The notes beneath the pieces were generated by a model. The model worked only from the letters and a program-made list of their open reading frames with translations. It ran no database searches and was not told where the DNA came from. Shown piece after piece: positions 48,241 to 60,689 of a DNA stretch of 64,000 nucleotides (the stretch's first letter is position 1; each line of letters begins with the position of its first letter). The position numbers and the translations under genes are program-made. Origin of the DNA: Callorhinchus milii (lineage: Eukaryota); contig NW_024704742.1 in the NCBI RefSeq assembly GCF_018977255.1, forward strand, positions 21,206,001 through 21,270,000, given 5' to 3'.

Positions 48241-49994
48241 AAGAGGTAGTAGAATTGTATCACTGAAACGTGCTTTATGTTCAGTTCAGCTCAGTGCAAC
48301 TTACCAGCTTCAAACAATATCATCTTTTCAATCAGTTGAAATGTAGAAAAAATGTAAGGGCAGAAGAAAAAATTGTCCACCTGCTCTGCACAATCTGTGT
48401 CACGATTGAACCTGATTTCTTTATTTGCAGCAAAAGCACAGCCATAGAGATATAGGAACATGGAGACATAGACATCGGAACATGAAGGGATAAGAACATG
48501 GGAACAAAAAAATGTACAAGACAGCAAAATAAAGGACTTTAGTCAGATTCAAATTTTACCCAAATTGTTGGAGTTGAGTTACACTCGAGTTACATCAGGC
48601 TGCCATTTTTTTTATCTTGCTACGGCTTCACCAGATTGCAAAGGATCAAAAGAGGTTCGGAATAAGTAAGTCTATTCAGCCCAATTGATCTCATTCTTCC
48701 AGAATCCAGAATAAAATTCACTTCATGGCTGTTTGTGGGACATTGTTGTGCACAAGTTAACTGCTAATTTGCCCACAAAACACTGAGTCACTACACTTTA
48801 TACTATATGCTGTGAAGTGCTTTAGGACTTCCTCCTGATTTGAAAGGCGCTGTACCAAATGTAAGGATTATTCTGAGTATTATAATGCCAAGCAAGCCAT
48901 TGAATATAGCATCAAGCAGTTTTTTAAATGAGTCCATTGCCAGAAAAGATTATTATTATTACACTAGGGTCCTCAAAAGGTAATCAATAAATATCTTCAC
49001 TTTAGTAAACCCATGTGATGATGGTAAGAAGAGAGCCCAGTGACATTGGGAGCCCTTTGGAACAGTAGAGTCCTGTGAATGCTTGCTCTTCTCACAACTG
49101 TTCGAAAAAAAATTAACTTCAAAATCATAATCGTACATTTAAGAAAAAATCCTCAGGCACAAATGCAATAAATAGAACGATTTCTCAGAAGCAGGAGCTC
49201 AACCTTTAATTTACCTTAGCAAAGAGCTGGGGGAATGGTTATGCATTCCACCTACTATAAGTTAGGATTTCACTCCTTACTGTGTATTAATCTCAGAGCA
49301 CCAAGGTATAAATATATTATCCTACAGTACAGTGCACCCATTCCTGGTTGTTCATTTATGAAACTTAATTGAATTGAACTTGGATTAAGCAATCACTTAT
49401 TTTAAGCATCCAATTTCAGTCAGGTAGTGAATGACTTAGTGAATGACTTTTAATACAAATTCCTTGGTCCAGCATCAAGGAGCACAGACCTCACATGACA
49501 TTACTGTAGGGAAGCACCATGGACTGGGAGCTCAGTGCAACTATTTGAATTCAAAACAAAGTACAGTACACAAGAATCAGAACCTTTGTTCCATAAGGAG
49601 AGACATCTCTCCATTAAGGTCTCTCATTGTGTTGTATATGAAAGCAAGTACATTTAGCATTGTGACAAATCCCTCTGTGTAATTCTTAACCAGTTACAAT
49701 ATGAAGCTGTAAAACTATATCTGAAACTACAGTAACTGTCTGGGAGATCCATTGGGGTTTCTTGACCTTTGTAATGGAGTACAAGCAAACCTTTTCATTT
49801 ATTATTAGCAAATGAAGCAAAATTAAGAGTTGTGATGCTAAGAGAGAGCTCCACCTAAAATTCAGTCAGTGGGAGATGTGAGCATTGCTCAAATTAACTG
49901 ACTGCATCCTTTGGACCTCTGATAGTGAAAATACGTTAACTTCAGCAGTATAGTACTCGAGTTACATTTCAAATGTGTTTTTGTGCCAGATTTA

Positions 49995-50408
49995 ACAATA
50001 ATTCTTACATTTGATATAGCTTTGTCATGCTGAGACATCTTGAATGGCTTCACAGTAATCATTGATAAGTGTAACGAATGTGGACTTGTAGGTGAACGTG
50101 GCAGCCGATTTTGAAAACAGCAGTATCCCAAAGACAGACAAGACATGAATGATTAGTGTAACTGAAAGACTGTTGGCCGGAACACCAGGAGAAACTCTCT
50201 TCTCTTTTCACAGTGTCATGGGCCCTTTAACGTCCATCTGAACGGCCAGGTGGAACTTCGATTTAACAGCTCATCTGAATAACAGCACCTCAAACGATGC
50301 AGAGGTATCCCAACACTGCACTGGAACATCAGTCCCTAGACCATGAGTTCAACAACCTGGGATTTCAACCAACAACCTCCTGACCCAAAGGCGAGAATGT
50401 CACCAACA
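49995..50408 (-). mobile_element. Deu-SINE, near full length
   Basis: The reverse strand has TTGGTGACATTCTCGCCTTTGGGTCAGGAGGTTG and GTTCAGATGGACGTTAAAGGGCCCATGACAC. Confidence 0.83.
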
Positions 50409-50443
50409 CCCTGTCTTCAGCATTTTTGGGGCACTATGAGGCT

Positions 50444-50991
50444 TGTTACACATTTATTTTGTGGTAAACTGCATTGCAGAGGAATCTTTAAAGGATTATA
50501 ACCTCTCACTCCACTAGTCATCCTGGTATAAGGGTTTGGCACCGGTGTTGGAGCTGATAATGGAATGAGCCACAAGCTAAAGTACTACAGTGGGCACTAG
50601 GACCTCAGAGCTGGAAGTCTGAGATGGCACTTGTGCCTTTTTAAGGAAATGACAACATCCTCATCTCTCTTGGTGCTGAGGCGAGAAGGTCCAGGGATCT
50701 TGAGGCCCAGGTATCATGACTGGCTCGAGGTTGGTTAATGATCAGAGTGGGGAGCATTGCGAGTGCAAGTGTGTGGGATGGCAGGCACTGACCGGGAGCC
50801 AGGTGCTTGTACCCTTCTGTGATTGTTGTGAGGCTGTTATTGTTCTGGGTTTTCCCTTCCTCTGAGATTAAACCTGCGTTATTGAGACAGTCTCCATATG
50901 CCTGGCTCGTGCTGCAGTATCTCTAAAGTAAATAGTCATCTCCAGTTAAAGTTGCATTCATATTGGTTAACTTGACAATAAATATATAACA
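50444..50991 (+). mobile_element. Possible solo LTR
   Basis: Begins TGTTACA and ends ATAACA; internal TATAAGGG and ATTAAACCTGCGTTATT; GC-richer than the flanks. No TSD found. Confidence 0.25.
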
Positions 50992-51009
50992 TTTCATTAT
51001 TTCTATTCT

Positions 51010-51573
51010 GGGATCTCCTTGGAGCTGAGCTGGCTTCAAAATGATGTCCTTGGCAATGCAATGTCGGAATTCAGTCAATCCTTTGTGGTGGTCTCGAGAG
51101 ATTAGTTCCTGAGCCAAGCAGGTCTGCAGTACTCCAGGGCCCTGCTGATAACAGACCTTGTCAGCCGGACTTGGAGGATTAGAACAGCTACTAGAGGCAG
51201 GGATTCTTCACACTCAGCTTGACTTAACCCTGCAAATCAAAGTCTTAATGGGTAGAGTGGGCCAGATGGGCAAGCAGTGGGAAGTTTGCCTGTCAGCTCT
51301 AATGATGACAAGCTATGTGGTTTTAGCTGGTTAAAGCATCAGTAACCCAACACACACTCTGGGGTCCACAAATCTGGGCTTTCACCAATATTCCCCACAT
51401 TAGGCAAGCAGGATGTCTCCCTCCATGGAGGGAATGCATATTTCATTCCAGATAAATGTAACTTTCCATCTGGTAAGTGGCATACATGTATGGAACTCTC
51501 AGTCTGGTTTGGATACTCTTAAGTATGGTGATGGGTTTCTGCAGGGATCAAACTCCTGTCTGATCAAAAAAAA
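51010..51573 (+). repeat. Family X repeat, long copy
   Basis: Colinear with the reverse complement of 35718-36300; ends TCTGATCAAAAAAAA. Confidence 0.88.
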
Positions 51574-52106
51574 TCACGCTCTGAATGTCAAAATCATATT
51601 CATCTTGTGTTTGGAAAATTAGCTGTCTTTTCCTGATGTGACAGGCTACACTTTGTATCAGACTAGATCTTGGCCTTGCTGATATCAAATGCCAATGCAT
51701 AACTGTCTGTTGTGGTCTGAAATAGTGGGAGAGAGACCAGGAATGTCCAAAGACACATAGAAAAATGTGCTCTTTGATTTATTGTCACCATTTTAAAAGA
51801 TGAGAAGTGGAAAGACTCAATGACATTGCAGAAGTGGACTTTGCCATTCCCACTCATCATTCGGGATGCTCATTTTACTGTTTGTACTCCTTGTTTGTAT
51901 AGCTTTTACGGTCTCACTGCGTTCACTGACTTTGTTGTATGGAAAGTCACCTCTTCCATTTCAAAAAATATTTCCAAATCACATTGCTTCCGTTCTTCTT
52001 CCTTCCTCAATTTCTAGAGAGTACGTAATAAACCAACATGAAAGACTGGATAAGTGAATAAAAAGGAGTTCCGGCTGATTGATTGGCATTATTAATGCAA
52101 TACTTA

Positions 52107-52410
52107 TATTACAGCTGCTCCCCATTAATATTAATTACAGCTGCCCCCCATTAATACTAATTTTACAGACTGACCCCATTAATATTACTAATACAGAATG
52201 GCCCCATTAATACTAGTATAACAGACTGGCCCTATCAATACAAGTATAAGTATAACAGTCTGACTAATTGACCCATTAATATTAGAGACTGGTCCCATTG
52301 GTACTTTTACAGGTTGACCCCATCGATAATAATACTACAAGTTGCACATAATATCAATATGCAAATTGACCCCATTAATACTAACAGTATAGACCAGCTC
52401 CATTGATATT
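52107..52410. repeat. Degenerate minisatellite, about 10 units of 27-29 bp
   Basis: Recurrent unit CCCCATTAATACTA(N)TACAG(A)CTG. Confidence 0.85.
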
Positions 52411-52867
52411 TCAATATAATTTAATGATGCTCTTAAGTACCAATATAGTTCATAACCATGGTATCGGGATATAGTTTGGAAGAGGTATGTTTCATGCACT
52501 AGTATACTGATTATATGAACACTCGATTCAGATGGTATTGGAAACCCATATTGTTTAGATTGAGAATCCAAAATTAATTATTTTTTTGTTAATCGGATAT
52601 GAGGGTCCTTTTCAGCTCCTGTTAGTGTCCAATACTCTATTGAGTGAGAACTCTTGTTCTGAGTGGATAAAGTTAAGCCTTACTCTGTGAAAGGTTCTGA
52701 AGTGAGAGATTAGCTTTCAACAGAGGGCATCAACATATATGAGTACATTTTGCTAAGTTTGCAGTCGTGAACTTCCTCCTAGTTTACTAATTATGCAACA
52801 ATAAGTGGGTAAAAATTCTGCTCAGCATTTACACATGGCAAACTAATATACTATTGATTAAACTTCA

Positions 52868-53124
52868 TTGGTTAAATTCCAGCAGTACTGCAGTGCACAC
52901 TTTGGGTTCCTCAAGCCTAGGCTCTCAACAACCTATACCTAATTTGTTCCAGAATTAGGTAAGCAGGGTGCACCCCTCCAGGGAGAGTACTCGTTACATT
53001 CCAGACACATGGAAATTTCCATGTGTATGTATCATACATTTGTGGAATTCTGTGTGGTTGGGATATCCTTAAGCATAGTAATGGGTTTCCAAATGTGTCA
53101 GACACCTGGCTGGCTAAAAATAAA
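52868..53124 (+). repeat. Family X repeat, 3' half
   Basis: TCCAGCAGTAC...GAATTAGGTAAGCAG...TAAGCATAGTAATGGGTTTCCAAATGTGTCAGACACCTGGCTGGCTAAAAA. Confidence 0.82.
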
Positions 53125-54044
53125 CGTTTTCAATACATTTGTAGATTAATCCAAAGTGTGACAAAATCTTGCAGATATACATTTATTAAAGCCTCTTAAA
53201 ATTATCCACAATAAATATTCATTAGTTATAAACAAATAAAAAGAACTTTGTGATTAAAAATAACATATGCTAATAATTGCCTAGTTCCAACTTTCATTAT
53301 TTTTTTAATAGCAGACTATTGGATCGGCTTCTCAGAAGGAGGAATTGCCAACAGAAATGCAACATTTCAGTGACGTTAGACTGAGCTCCAATTCAATGCA
53401 TAATTTTTACATAATTATCTCACACTGCCAGATGTCATCATGTAGGTAGGTAATGGATATCCAGTGCTATCAGTCTCAATTACAGACACGGAATGACACT
53501 TATATAAACACAATTACACGTATTCATAAAGACAGGCTTTTCTAGTCCCACTCATTCTATTTTAAGTACCCTGAGATGCTATCCCATGTGAAGAGCGCTA
53601 CACAAATGCATTGCTGCTGATGGCCACCTTGGTTCAGTAGGAACATTAGAATACCAATGAACCTATGGATCACAGGGTTGCCCACTATGGGTAGCAGAGT
53701 GGCTATTTTAGCTCTAGCTTTAGCTGCTTTTGAAACTGTGTAAGAAAAGGTCTTCAAAGGAGAAAAAAAACATTTTGTGGATTTATATTAAAAATTTTAA
53801 AATTAGGCACCTACCGAAAGGTGTTTTTTTCCATGCAAAATACAACAATAACATATGAACACTTCCGAACTGGCAAAATTGTCTGTGGATCTGCTGCATC
53901 TAACACCGGTCTCCTCTCCTCCTCTTATGGGCAGCAGCTTGTTCTTGGTTGCTAGGAGCTTCACTGTGTGAAAGCCTTGAGGTACACCCACATCACCAAC
54001 CACTTCTGTGCCCTCTATGCTAATGTGTCATAAGAAAATATAGT

Positions 54045-54460
54045 GGTGATGGTTTAATTGGATGGTTTAATTGGATAGAGCTTTAGGTTACAGACCAGAA
54101 GCTTTCTGGTTCGAATCCAGCTCTGTGTTGAATTTGTTGGTCTCAACCAGAGTTGCTAAATTGGCCTTACCTTAGCTAGGGAGGGGAAAATCAGCCAAGC
54201 CTCCTGCAACTGGTCCCATTTAGCATCCTTTATTGGTTGTGTGTGTACGTGACAGGCAGCCGGATAGGGAGAGGTTGGGATTGGCCGTGATACCCACTAC
54301 AGTCAAGTGTTCTGCCAACACTTCTGCCAAGGATCACACAAGGCCAATCGGATAGAGTACCGAAGGGCAGTCAGCGCTTGAGGGAATTTCACCCTGACAT
54401 GAGAGGGCATTTCACCCTGACATGAGAGGGCACACCTGCAACAGTCTGTGGGGAGAAAAG
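54045..54460 (+). mobile_element. LF-SINE-like element, near full length
   Basis: CAGACCAGAAG...GGTTCGAATCC, TCTGTGTTGAATT, AATTGGCCT, GCTAGGGAGGGGAAAATCAGCCA, GGCCGTGATACCC, GGATCACACA, GTACCGAAGGGC and GGGGAGAAAA occur in the order I remember from the LF-SINE consensus. Confidence 0.8.
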
Positions 54461-54571
54461 TAGAAAAGAATGCCCAAACTGAATGTATATAAGAAAGATT
54501 ATAAGGAATCTTCTCCTTAATGCATGTTAGGGCATTTCCAATGAAAATGCTGTTGTAAATTTGCACTGATC

Positions 54572-54798
54572 AATAATAATAATAATCCTTGCATTTGATA
54601 TAGCGCTTTTCACGTGGGGAGGACGTCCCAAAGCGCTTCACAGAACACACTGTAAAGTGAATTGACTGTATATTTGTGGGCGAACGCGGCAGCCAATTGC
54701 GCACAGCAATGTCCCATAAAGTCGTAGATTGAAAATGACCAATTTATTATTGTTTTTGTTTTTGGAGGGATTATTATTAGGCGTGTGGAGTAAGGAAA
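54572..54798 (-). mobile_element. Young family-A SINE, 5'-truncated
   Basis: The reverse complement is near-identical to 23480-23716. Confidence 0.93.
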
Positions 54799-54899
54799 TG
54801 CATGCAGAGGAGGATTAAATGAAGACATGACCCTCAGCTTTGTTGTAACCCCAGCCCATTTTTGTTGTAACCCCAACTAAATCACCCCACCTTCCCCAA

Positions 54900-55575
54900 T
54901 AACAACAACAACAAAATTACATTTGTATAACGGCTTTCACGTCAGGAGGACATTCCAAGGTGCTGGCTAATCAGTTTTTCAGACTCGAGCTGGGGATCAG
55001 GGAGGATGAGTGGCAGGGGGCAAGGAGTGTTACCGAAGCGACGGTCAAAGAGGAGGGTCTTGGGACAGGTCTTGAAGGAAGTAAGGGAGGGTCTGTTGGA
55101 CGGAGTTCCAGAGGGTGGGGGCAGAGTGGTTGAAGCCCCGCCCATTAATGGTGGGGCGGGTGACGTGAAGCAGATCGGAGCTCATTAATCAGAGGGAGTG
55201 GGCAGGTTGGTAGGGGGTTAGGAGGTCAAACAGGTCGGGGGAGCAAGGCCATGGAAGGCTTTGAAAGTGAGGACCAGGATCTTGAATTATATCCTCTGTG
55301 TGATGGGAAGCCAGTGCAGTCTGGTGAGGATGGGGCTGATAGGGCCACGGAGCCTAGTGCAGGAGAGGACACACTCTGCAGAGTTCTGGATGATCTGCGG
55401 CCTATGGAGGGAGGAGTTGGAGAGCCCGACAAGCAGGGAGTTTGGTAGTCGAGCCTGGATGTTATGAATGCGTGTACAAGGGTCTCGGCGGCTTGCGGTA
55501 TGATACAGTGGGGAAGCCGAGCGATGTTGTGGAGGTGGGAAAAGGCAGAGCATATCATGGAACAGATGTGGTCAT
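54900..55575 (-). mobile_element. 5'-truncated L2 LINE
   Basis: HNIARL...[16 protein letters not shown]...QNSAECVL...LHWLPITQRI; AAC tail. Confidence 0.9.
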
Positions 55576-56211
55576 CAAATAAGGTCATTCATAAAATACA
55601 TTTCAGTGAAGAAATGTAGGCTGTATTATTTATTCAAGATTATCAATGCTGCTCTTGGGAGGTTGCTGTTGTTTGGCTGTTGCTGAAATCAGAGGTGCCT
55701 TTGTGCTTCCTAGTCTGCTGGGCTTTATTGTATGAATGGAGATTACCATCTGTTCTTGTTATTTCTACTGAGTGGTTGCACTTAATCATGGTCAAGACTG
55801 AATATGCATCTCTCAGGGCAAATGATGGCATTCATTGAAACTTTCTGCCTAATATGTTAGAATAAGCAAATCAATCCTTAACAGACCCACACAAACAACA
55901 ATATTGATAGAGCACAACACCTCCTGCACTGATGTAGCACAGGCCACCCCCCCCCCCATCTTAACAACAGAAGGACTAGTGATGACAAGGAAATGTTTGA
56001 AGTACAAACGTTTCTTCCCAAAATGCTATAACACTCAATTATTCAATTCCCCCAAAGCACTGAGCATGTAATTTTTGGTGTTGGCAAATGTACAGTTGTC
56101 AACCTTCCAGTTGTTCTTTCATCTCACAAGGATAACATCATCAATCAAAATATATATATGTTGGAATTCTTTAAAACCCATATTATATTACATTATAAAT
56201 GAATGTGCCAA

Positions 56212-56945
56212 GTGTCAGCCTGATTCGTTTTGTAGCATTCTTCCCTTTGAGTGAGAAGCCTGCGGGTTCCAGTCACACATCAGGACTCTGAGCTCACAGT
56301 CTAGGGTGACACTCCAATAGGGAGGAGGGCTGCATTGTCGCAGGTACCATCCTTCAGATGAGACAATAAACTGGCCTACGAAAAATTTACCATCCTGTCC
56401 GCTCCCTCCACTCGGAGGGCACAGGCCTACTCCTTGACCACACCCACCCCCCCATCCTGCCTGCACCATCGGAGGTCAGGCCTTCAGTCTACAAGCCTCC
56501 ACCCTCCGGAACACCATCCCGGAGCCCCTCCACCTTGCCCGTTTCCTTGCTTCCTTCGAGACCTATCTCAAGAACTTCCACTTTGATTTCGACTTCGGTC
56601 ATCTTCCCACCTCTACCCTCCTTGCCCTCCACGTGTCTTGATTCCAGCCTCAGCTTGGGTGCAAACCTTTAACTGTCAGTGCCTTGGGATGTCCTCACAA
56701 CTTGAAAGTACTATTTAAATGCAATTTGTTGTTGTTGCTGAGGTCCTGTGGATCTGCTCAGGTGGACATTAAATATCTCATTCCACTATTTGAAAAGAGA
56801 AGAGAGACTCCCTGGTGTCCTGATTATTTGTGGGACACTGTTGGGTTTGCTTACAAATACAGTCATGAAATCTGATTACCTGTGAAATGTTTGAGATATT
56901 TCAACATAATAGGTCCTACAGCAAATGTAAGAGTTAGTATTATGT
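56212..56945 (+). mobile_element. Deu-SINE with a nested L2 3' fragment (about 56375-56737)
   Basis: The SINE stops at CAGATGAGACAATAAACTG and resumes at CTGAGGTCC...CAGGTGGACATTAAA after the L2 (TTG)n tail. Confidence 0.82.
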
Positions 56946-57461
56946 AAATTCTACTTAGTGATAAATACTAATATTGTAATAATGATCCGCAGGCGAAGTC
57001 ATTGTACAAAATAGCCAATATATACAGTTAGCTATTCATCAATGGGATCTCATCAGCATGTTACATGTTGAGATTTGATTTATTTGACAATTAATGCTGA
57101 TACAGATGGTGTCATGTATTCTGTATTCTCAACCAAAACATTTTATTAGTTCAATGACTATTTGCTTAGGTTTGTGTTTTCAAGGAATGTGCATTTCAGA
57201 TCCGACATCAATACCAAATGAACATTCATCTATACTTAGTTATGGAGTGGAATAATTAGCTATGGGCAGTAAATTCCCAGCACGTTCTGCCCAAGATTAC
57301 TCCACCAACTAGTCTCAACCTTATTGTAAATTCCAATCACCCACTATCATAGTAAAGCTCAGACACAGACGAAAGTTAAGCCTTAACTTCTTGATTGTCT
57401 TTCAGGCACAATTTAATTGTCTTAAATACTGCTACCAAAAATCTGTGCAGAAAATAGCCCC

Positions 57462-57810
57462 ACAACAACAAATTACATTTGTATTGTGCCTTTCACATCA
57501 GGAGGATGTCCCAAGGCGCTGGATAGTCAGGAATCCGCACCCAAGCTGGTGGTTGGGATTAGGATGGGTGTGGGGCAGCAAGGGTGGGGCTAGGAGGTTG
57601 ACAGAAGGCATAGTCAAAGAGGAATGTCTTGAGATGAGTCTTGAAGGAGGCAGCAAGGTGGAAGGACTGGGGATGTAGTTCCAGAGGATGGGGGCAGAGC
57701 AGCTAAAGGCCCACCTGCCAATGGTAGGGTAGGCAAGGTGGGGGCCGAAGCTCGCTGAGCAGAGAGGAGTGGACTAGTTGTAGGGGTTAGGGGAAGGGAG
57801 AAGCAAGGCA
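57462..57810 (-). mobile_element. Short L2 3' fragment
   Basis: The reverse strand has GGTGGGCCTTTAGCTGCTCTGCCCCCATCCTCTGGAAC and the tail GCGCCTTGGGACATCCTCCTGATGTGAAAGGC. Confidence 0.88.
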
Positions 57811-58924
57811 ACACTAAGCAACACTAAGAAGAATATCAGGTTAAAAGCCTAATTTTCGCTCTGTCAGGAAGTGTGTACTGATTTTCCCCGAGGGAGAACA
57901 TCTAAAAATGCCATAATAGCAATTATATCCTTCAGTGTTTCTAGTTGTCTTTACAAAGAGTTAAAGACAAGCATTTGTGCCGCACAATAACAAGTGTCTT
58001 TTCAGGACTAAATAGAGATGTAATTCAGGATGTATCATAAATGAATGCACTCTGATACCAGCAATATCTGACCTGACAATTTGAAAAAAAAATAGGTGTT
58101 ATTGATATTTTATGATGGAACACTCTACAAATGTCAAAACCTCTAATTTAACAAATCATAGTCTTCCTTTCAAAGATATCAAGAACTAACATGGAGAGTT
58201 ATTAAAGTAACTCACACTGGCCAATTCTATGGCATTCCTTCCAGGACTTGGAAAAAATCTATCAGTCAATTTTGGGCCAAAAGTCACTGGGCAGTTTATG
58301 GTATCCAGCTAGTAACTTACAGTTAGATTATTCTTGGAGCAAGCAGCCTTTGTGTTGATTACAGGATCTGAATTTAGAGGTTCTTTAAAGAAAAGAAAAC
58401 AATCTCCGTGTTTTGTTGCACTATAAAGAGACTGAGAGGACAGAAAGGATGGCAGTCATGTCAATAAAAGCCAGACATTTTAATAAAGTATGTCTGACAG
58501 GCCTGACAGTTGAGAACAACAGCCCATGAAGATCAAGGAAACCAAATCTTATCTTATTGAGTTTGGAAACTGGTCGCATAGATGCTTTCAAAATTATATG
58601 GTTTTGTCTTTTTGTGTGTGAGGGGCAGTCAGGATGTTTGTGTGTTTATATCTATTCTCATCAAAGAGTTTTAGCCTTTGTATGGTATGCAAAGCTTCAA
58701 TCTGCCAGCTATATTATAATGAGTTTCCTTAGATCTCAGTTAGGCTATCCCAGAGGATTTGGAGAGCCTCACTACTTGGCTTCTCCTTCAAATAGGATTT
58801 GGAAAAGTTGGATCTTACAGTGACCTACAGAGTTAACTCCACTCTTTATAAGATTTAAATCCTATCCTGTTAAAAGGGAAGTGAATGCCATTTATTTATC
58901 TCAAGTTCCTAAATGTTCCTACTT

Positions 58925-59560
58925 TTCTTCATAGACACATATATAAGTGAACTGGATTTTGGTATAATGAGTGCAATGACACAAAAATAGGTACTGTAGC
59001 TAATAGTGAAAAAGACTGCAAGCAATTTCAAGAAAGCATAGACAGAACAAATGGATTGGGCAGAGAGATGGCAGATGAAATTTAAGGCATAAAAATGTGA
59101 GGTTGTACATGAACCTCAGAAGAATGAGAGGAATTATATGCTAAATAGTAACATTTGAAAGGGAATGAAAGAGCAGAAAGACTTACGGGGTTAACAAAAA
59201 TAAATCTTTAAAGGTGGGAAGGTACGTGAACAAAGCTGTGATGAAAACTAATGGGATCCAAGATTTTTTAAATAGGATCATAGAATATAAAACCAAAGAG
59301 GTAATGCTTACCGTCAGTAAATCATTAATTAGACCAGACGTAAAGTAATGTGTCCAATTTTAGTCGCCCCCATTTTAGGGCCCAGTGGTCGAGGCAGAAT
59401 CCATGGTTATCTTACAGGAGGGAATTAGATAGATTTCTCAAACAGGTGTAATTTACAGGGGTATGGAGAAAAGCAGGTGAAGGGAACTGAATGGATTATT
59501 CTTTCAAAAAGCCATCACAGATACAATGAGCCAAATGGCCTTCTGTACTGTAACTTTCTA
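58925..59560 (+). mobile_element. Old, internally deleted CR1
   Basis: WAERWQMKF..KCEVVH...NRIIEYKTKEVML...VQF; terminal GAGCCAAATGGCCTTCTGTACTG. Confidence 0.82.
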
Positions 59561-60126
59561 TGGTTCTGCTTCTGGTCTATTGTTTCTTCTTCATTGCCTC
59601 CATTCTTTCAACAGTGACTGAATCTTCAACTATATTGCATTCTCTAAAAACTCTCTTCTCCCAAAATGCCTTGACCTTGTGCTTTCTTTCTCTGAACTCT
59701 ATTAAAATTTCTTTGATTTCTTTGATAGAAATGTCTTTGGTCAACATTATTACATTTCTCCTGCTTTTATCCCTTCCTGGTGATTTCCATTGTTTTGGTG
59801 AAGTTCTTTGAGGAATACAAATTATTGTTAATTGTTATTGACTCTCCACACATTTGGGAGTGATTCATCTCCAGATGGGCATTGAAAAGAAAGGCACAGA
59901 AACACAATTATCAAAGAACCAGGCAACTGCTATCACTTATATGCAGAAGGTGAGAGCTTATTTGCATGAAGCAGAGTTTTTTTTAGTGCCCTGGGAACTT
60001 TATCAGATTGCTTGTTAATGCTACTGAAGAACCATCACATGACCAAATTAAGGTGTTATTTTTCCCAGTTGAATTGAAAGCAAGGTGAAGTGAGTCGAAC
60101 CCTGTGATTTTTAATGAAATTATTGT

Positions 60127-60430
60127 GGAGTCCTGTAGCTTAGTGGGTAGAGCACTTGGCTTGCAAGCGAGAGACCTGGATTCGATTCGGGGCAGGTCGA
60201 AACATTGGGCGAGTTTCCTTAATCCACACGTCTGATAATAATCCCTCAAGGAAACAAAAAAAATTAATTGGTCACTTCAATCCATGACTGTTTGTGAAAC
60301 ACTGCTGTGCACAATTGGCTGCCACGTTTCTCCCACAATTATACAGTCAATTCATTTTACAGCATATTGTGTGAAGCGCTTTGAGATGTCTAGAAGCGTG
60401 AAAAGTGCTATATCAAATGCAAGGATTATT
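60127..60430 (+). mobile_element. Family-A SINE, full length, moderately diverged
   Basis: GGAGTCCTGTAGCTTAGTGGGTAGAGCACTTGGCTTGCAAGCGAG...ATCAAATGCAAGGATTATT. Confidence 0.92.
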
Positions 60431-60689
60431 TTTTATTTTTATATAAATTCCTTAAATCAAGGAATCCTGATGAAGGAATCTGAGTGTAGACTCCTACTGA
60501 TAACTGGAATTAGGTCATGCGTTTCACTGCTGAATCACAGGGACTCCGTTCAGAAACACACCAGAGAGAGTTCCAACGAGTCAGGAGTGACGTACTTCCA
60601 GATATTTTAATTGAAGAATCCCATTGAAAATAGTGTTTTATATCTCCCAGCTTTACAACATTTTAGATTCAGTGACAATCCTGTAGAAT

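Noticed and set aside
52107..52410. CRISPR-like array
   Set aside because: The units are contiguous and degenerate, with no unique spacers, no cas genes and a vertebrate context.
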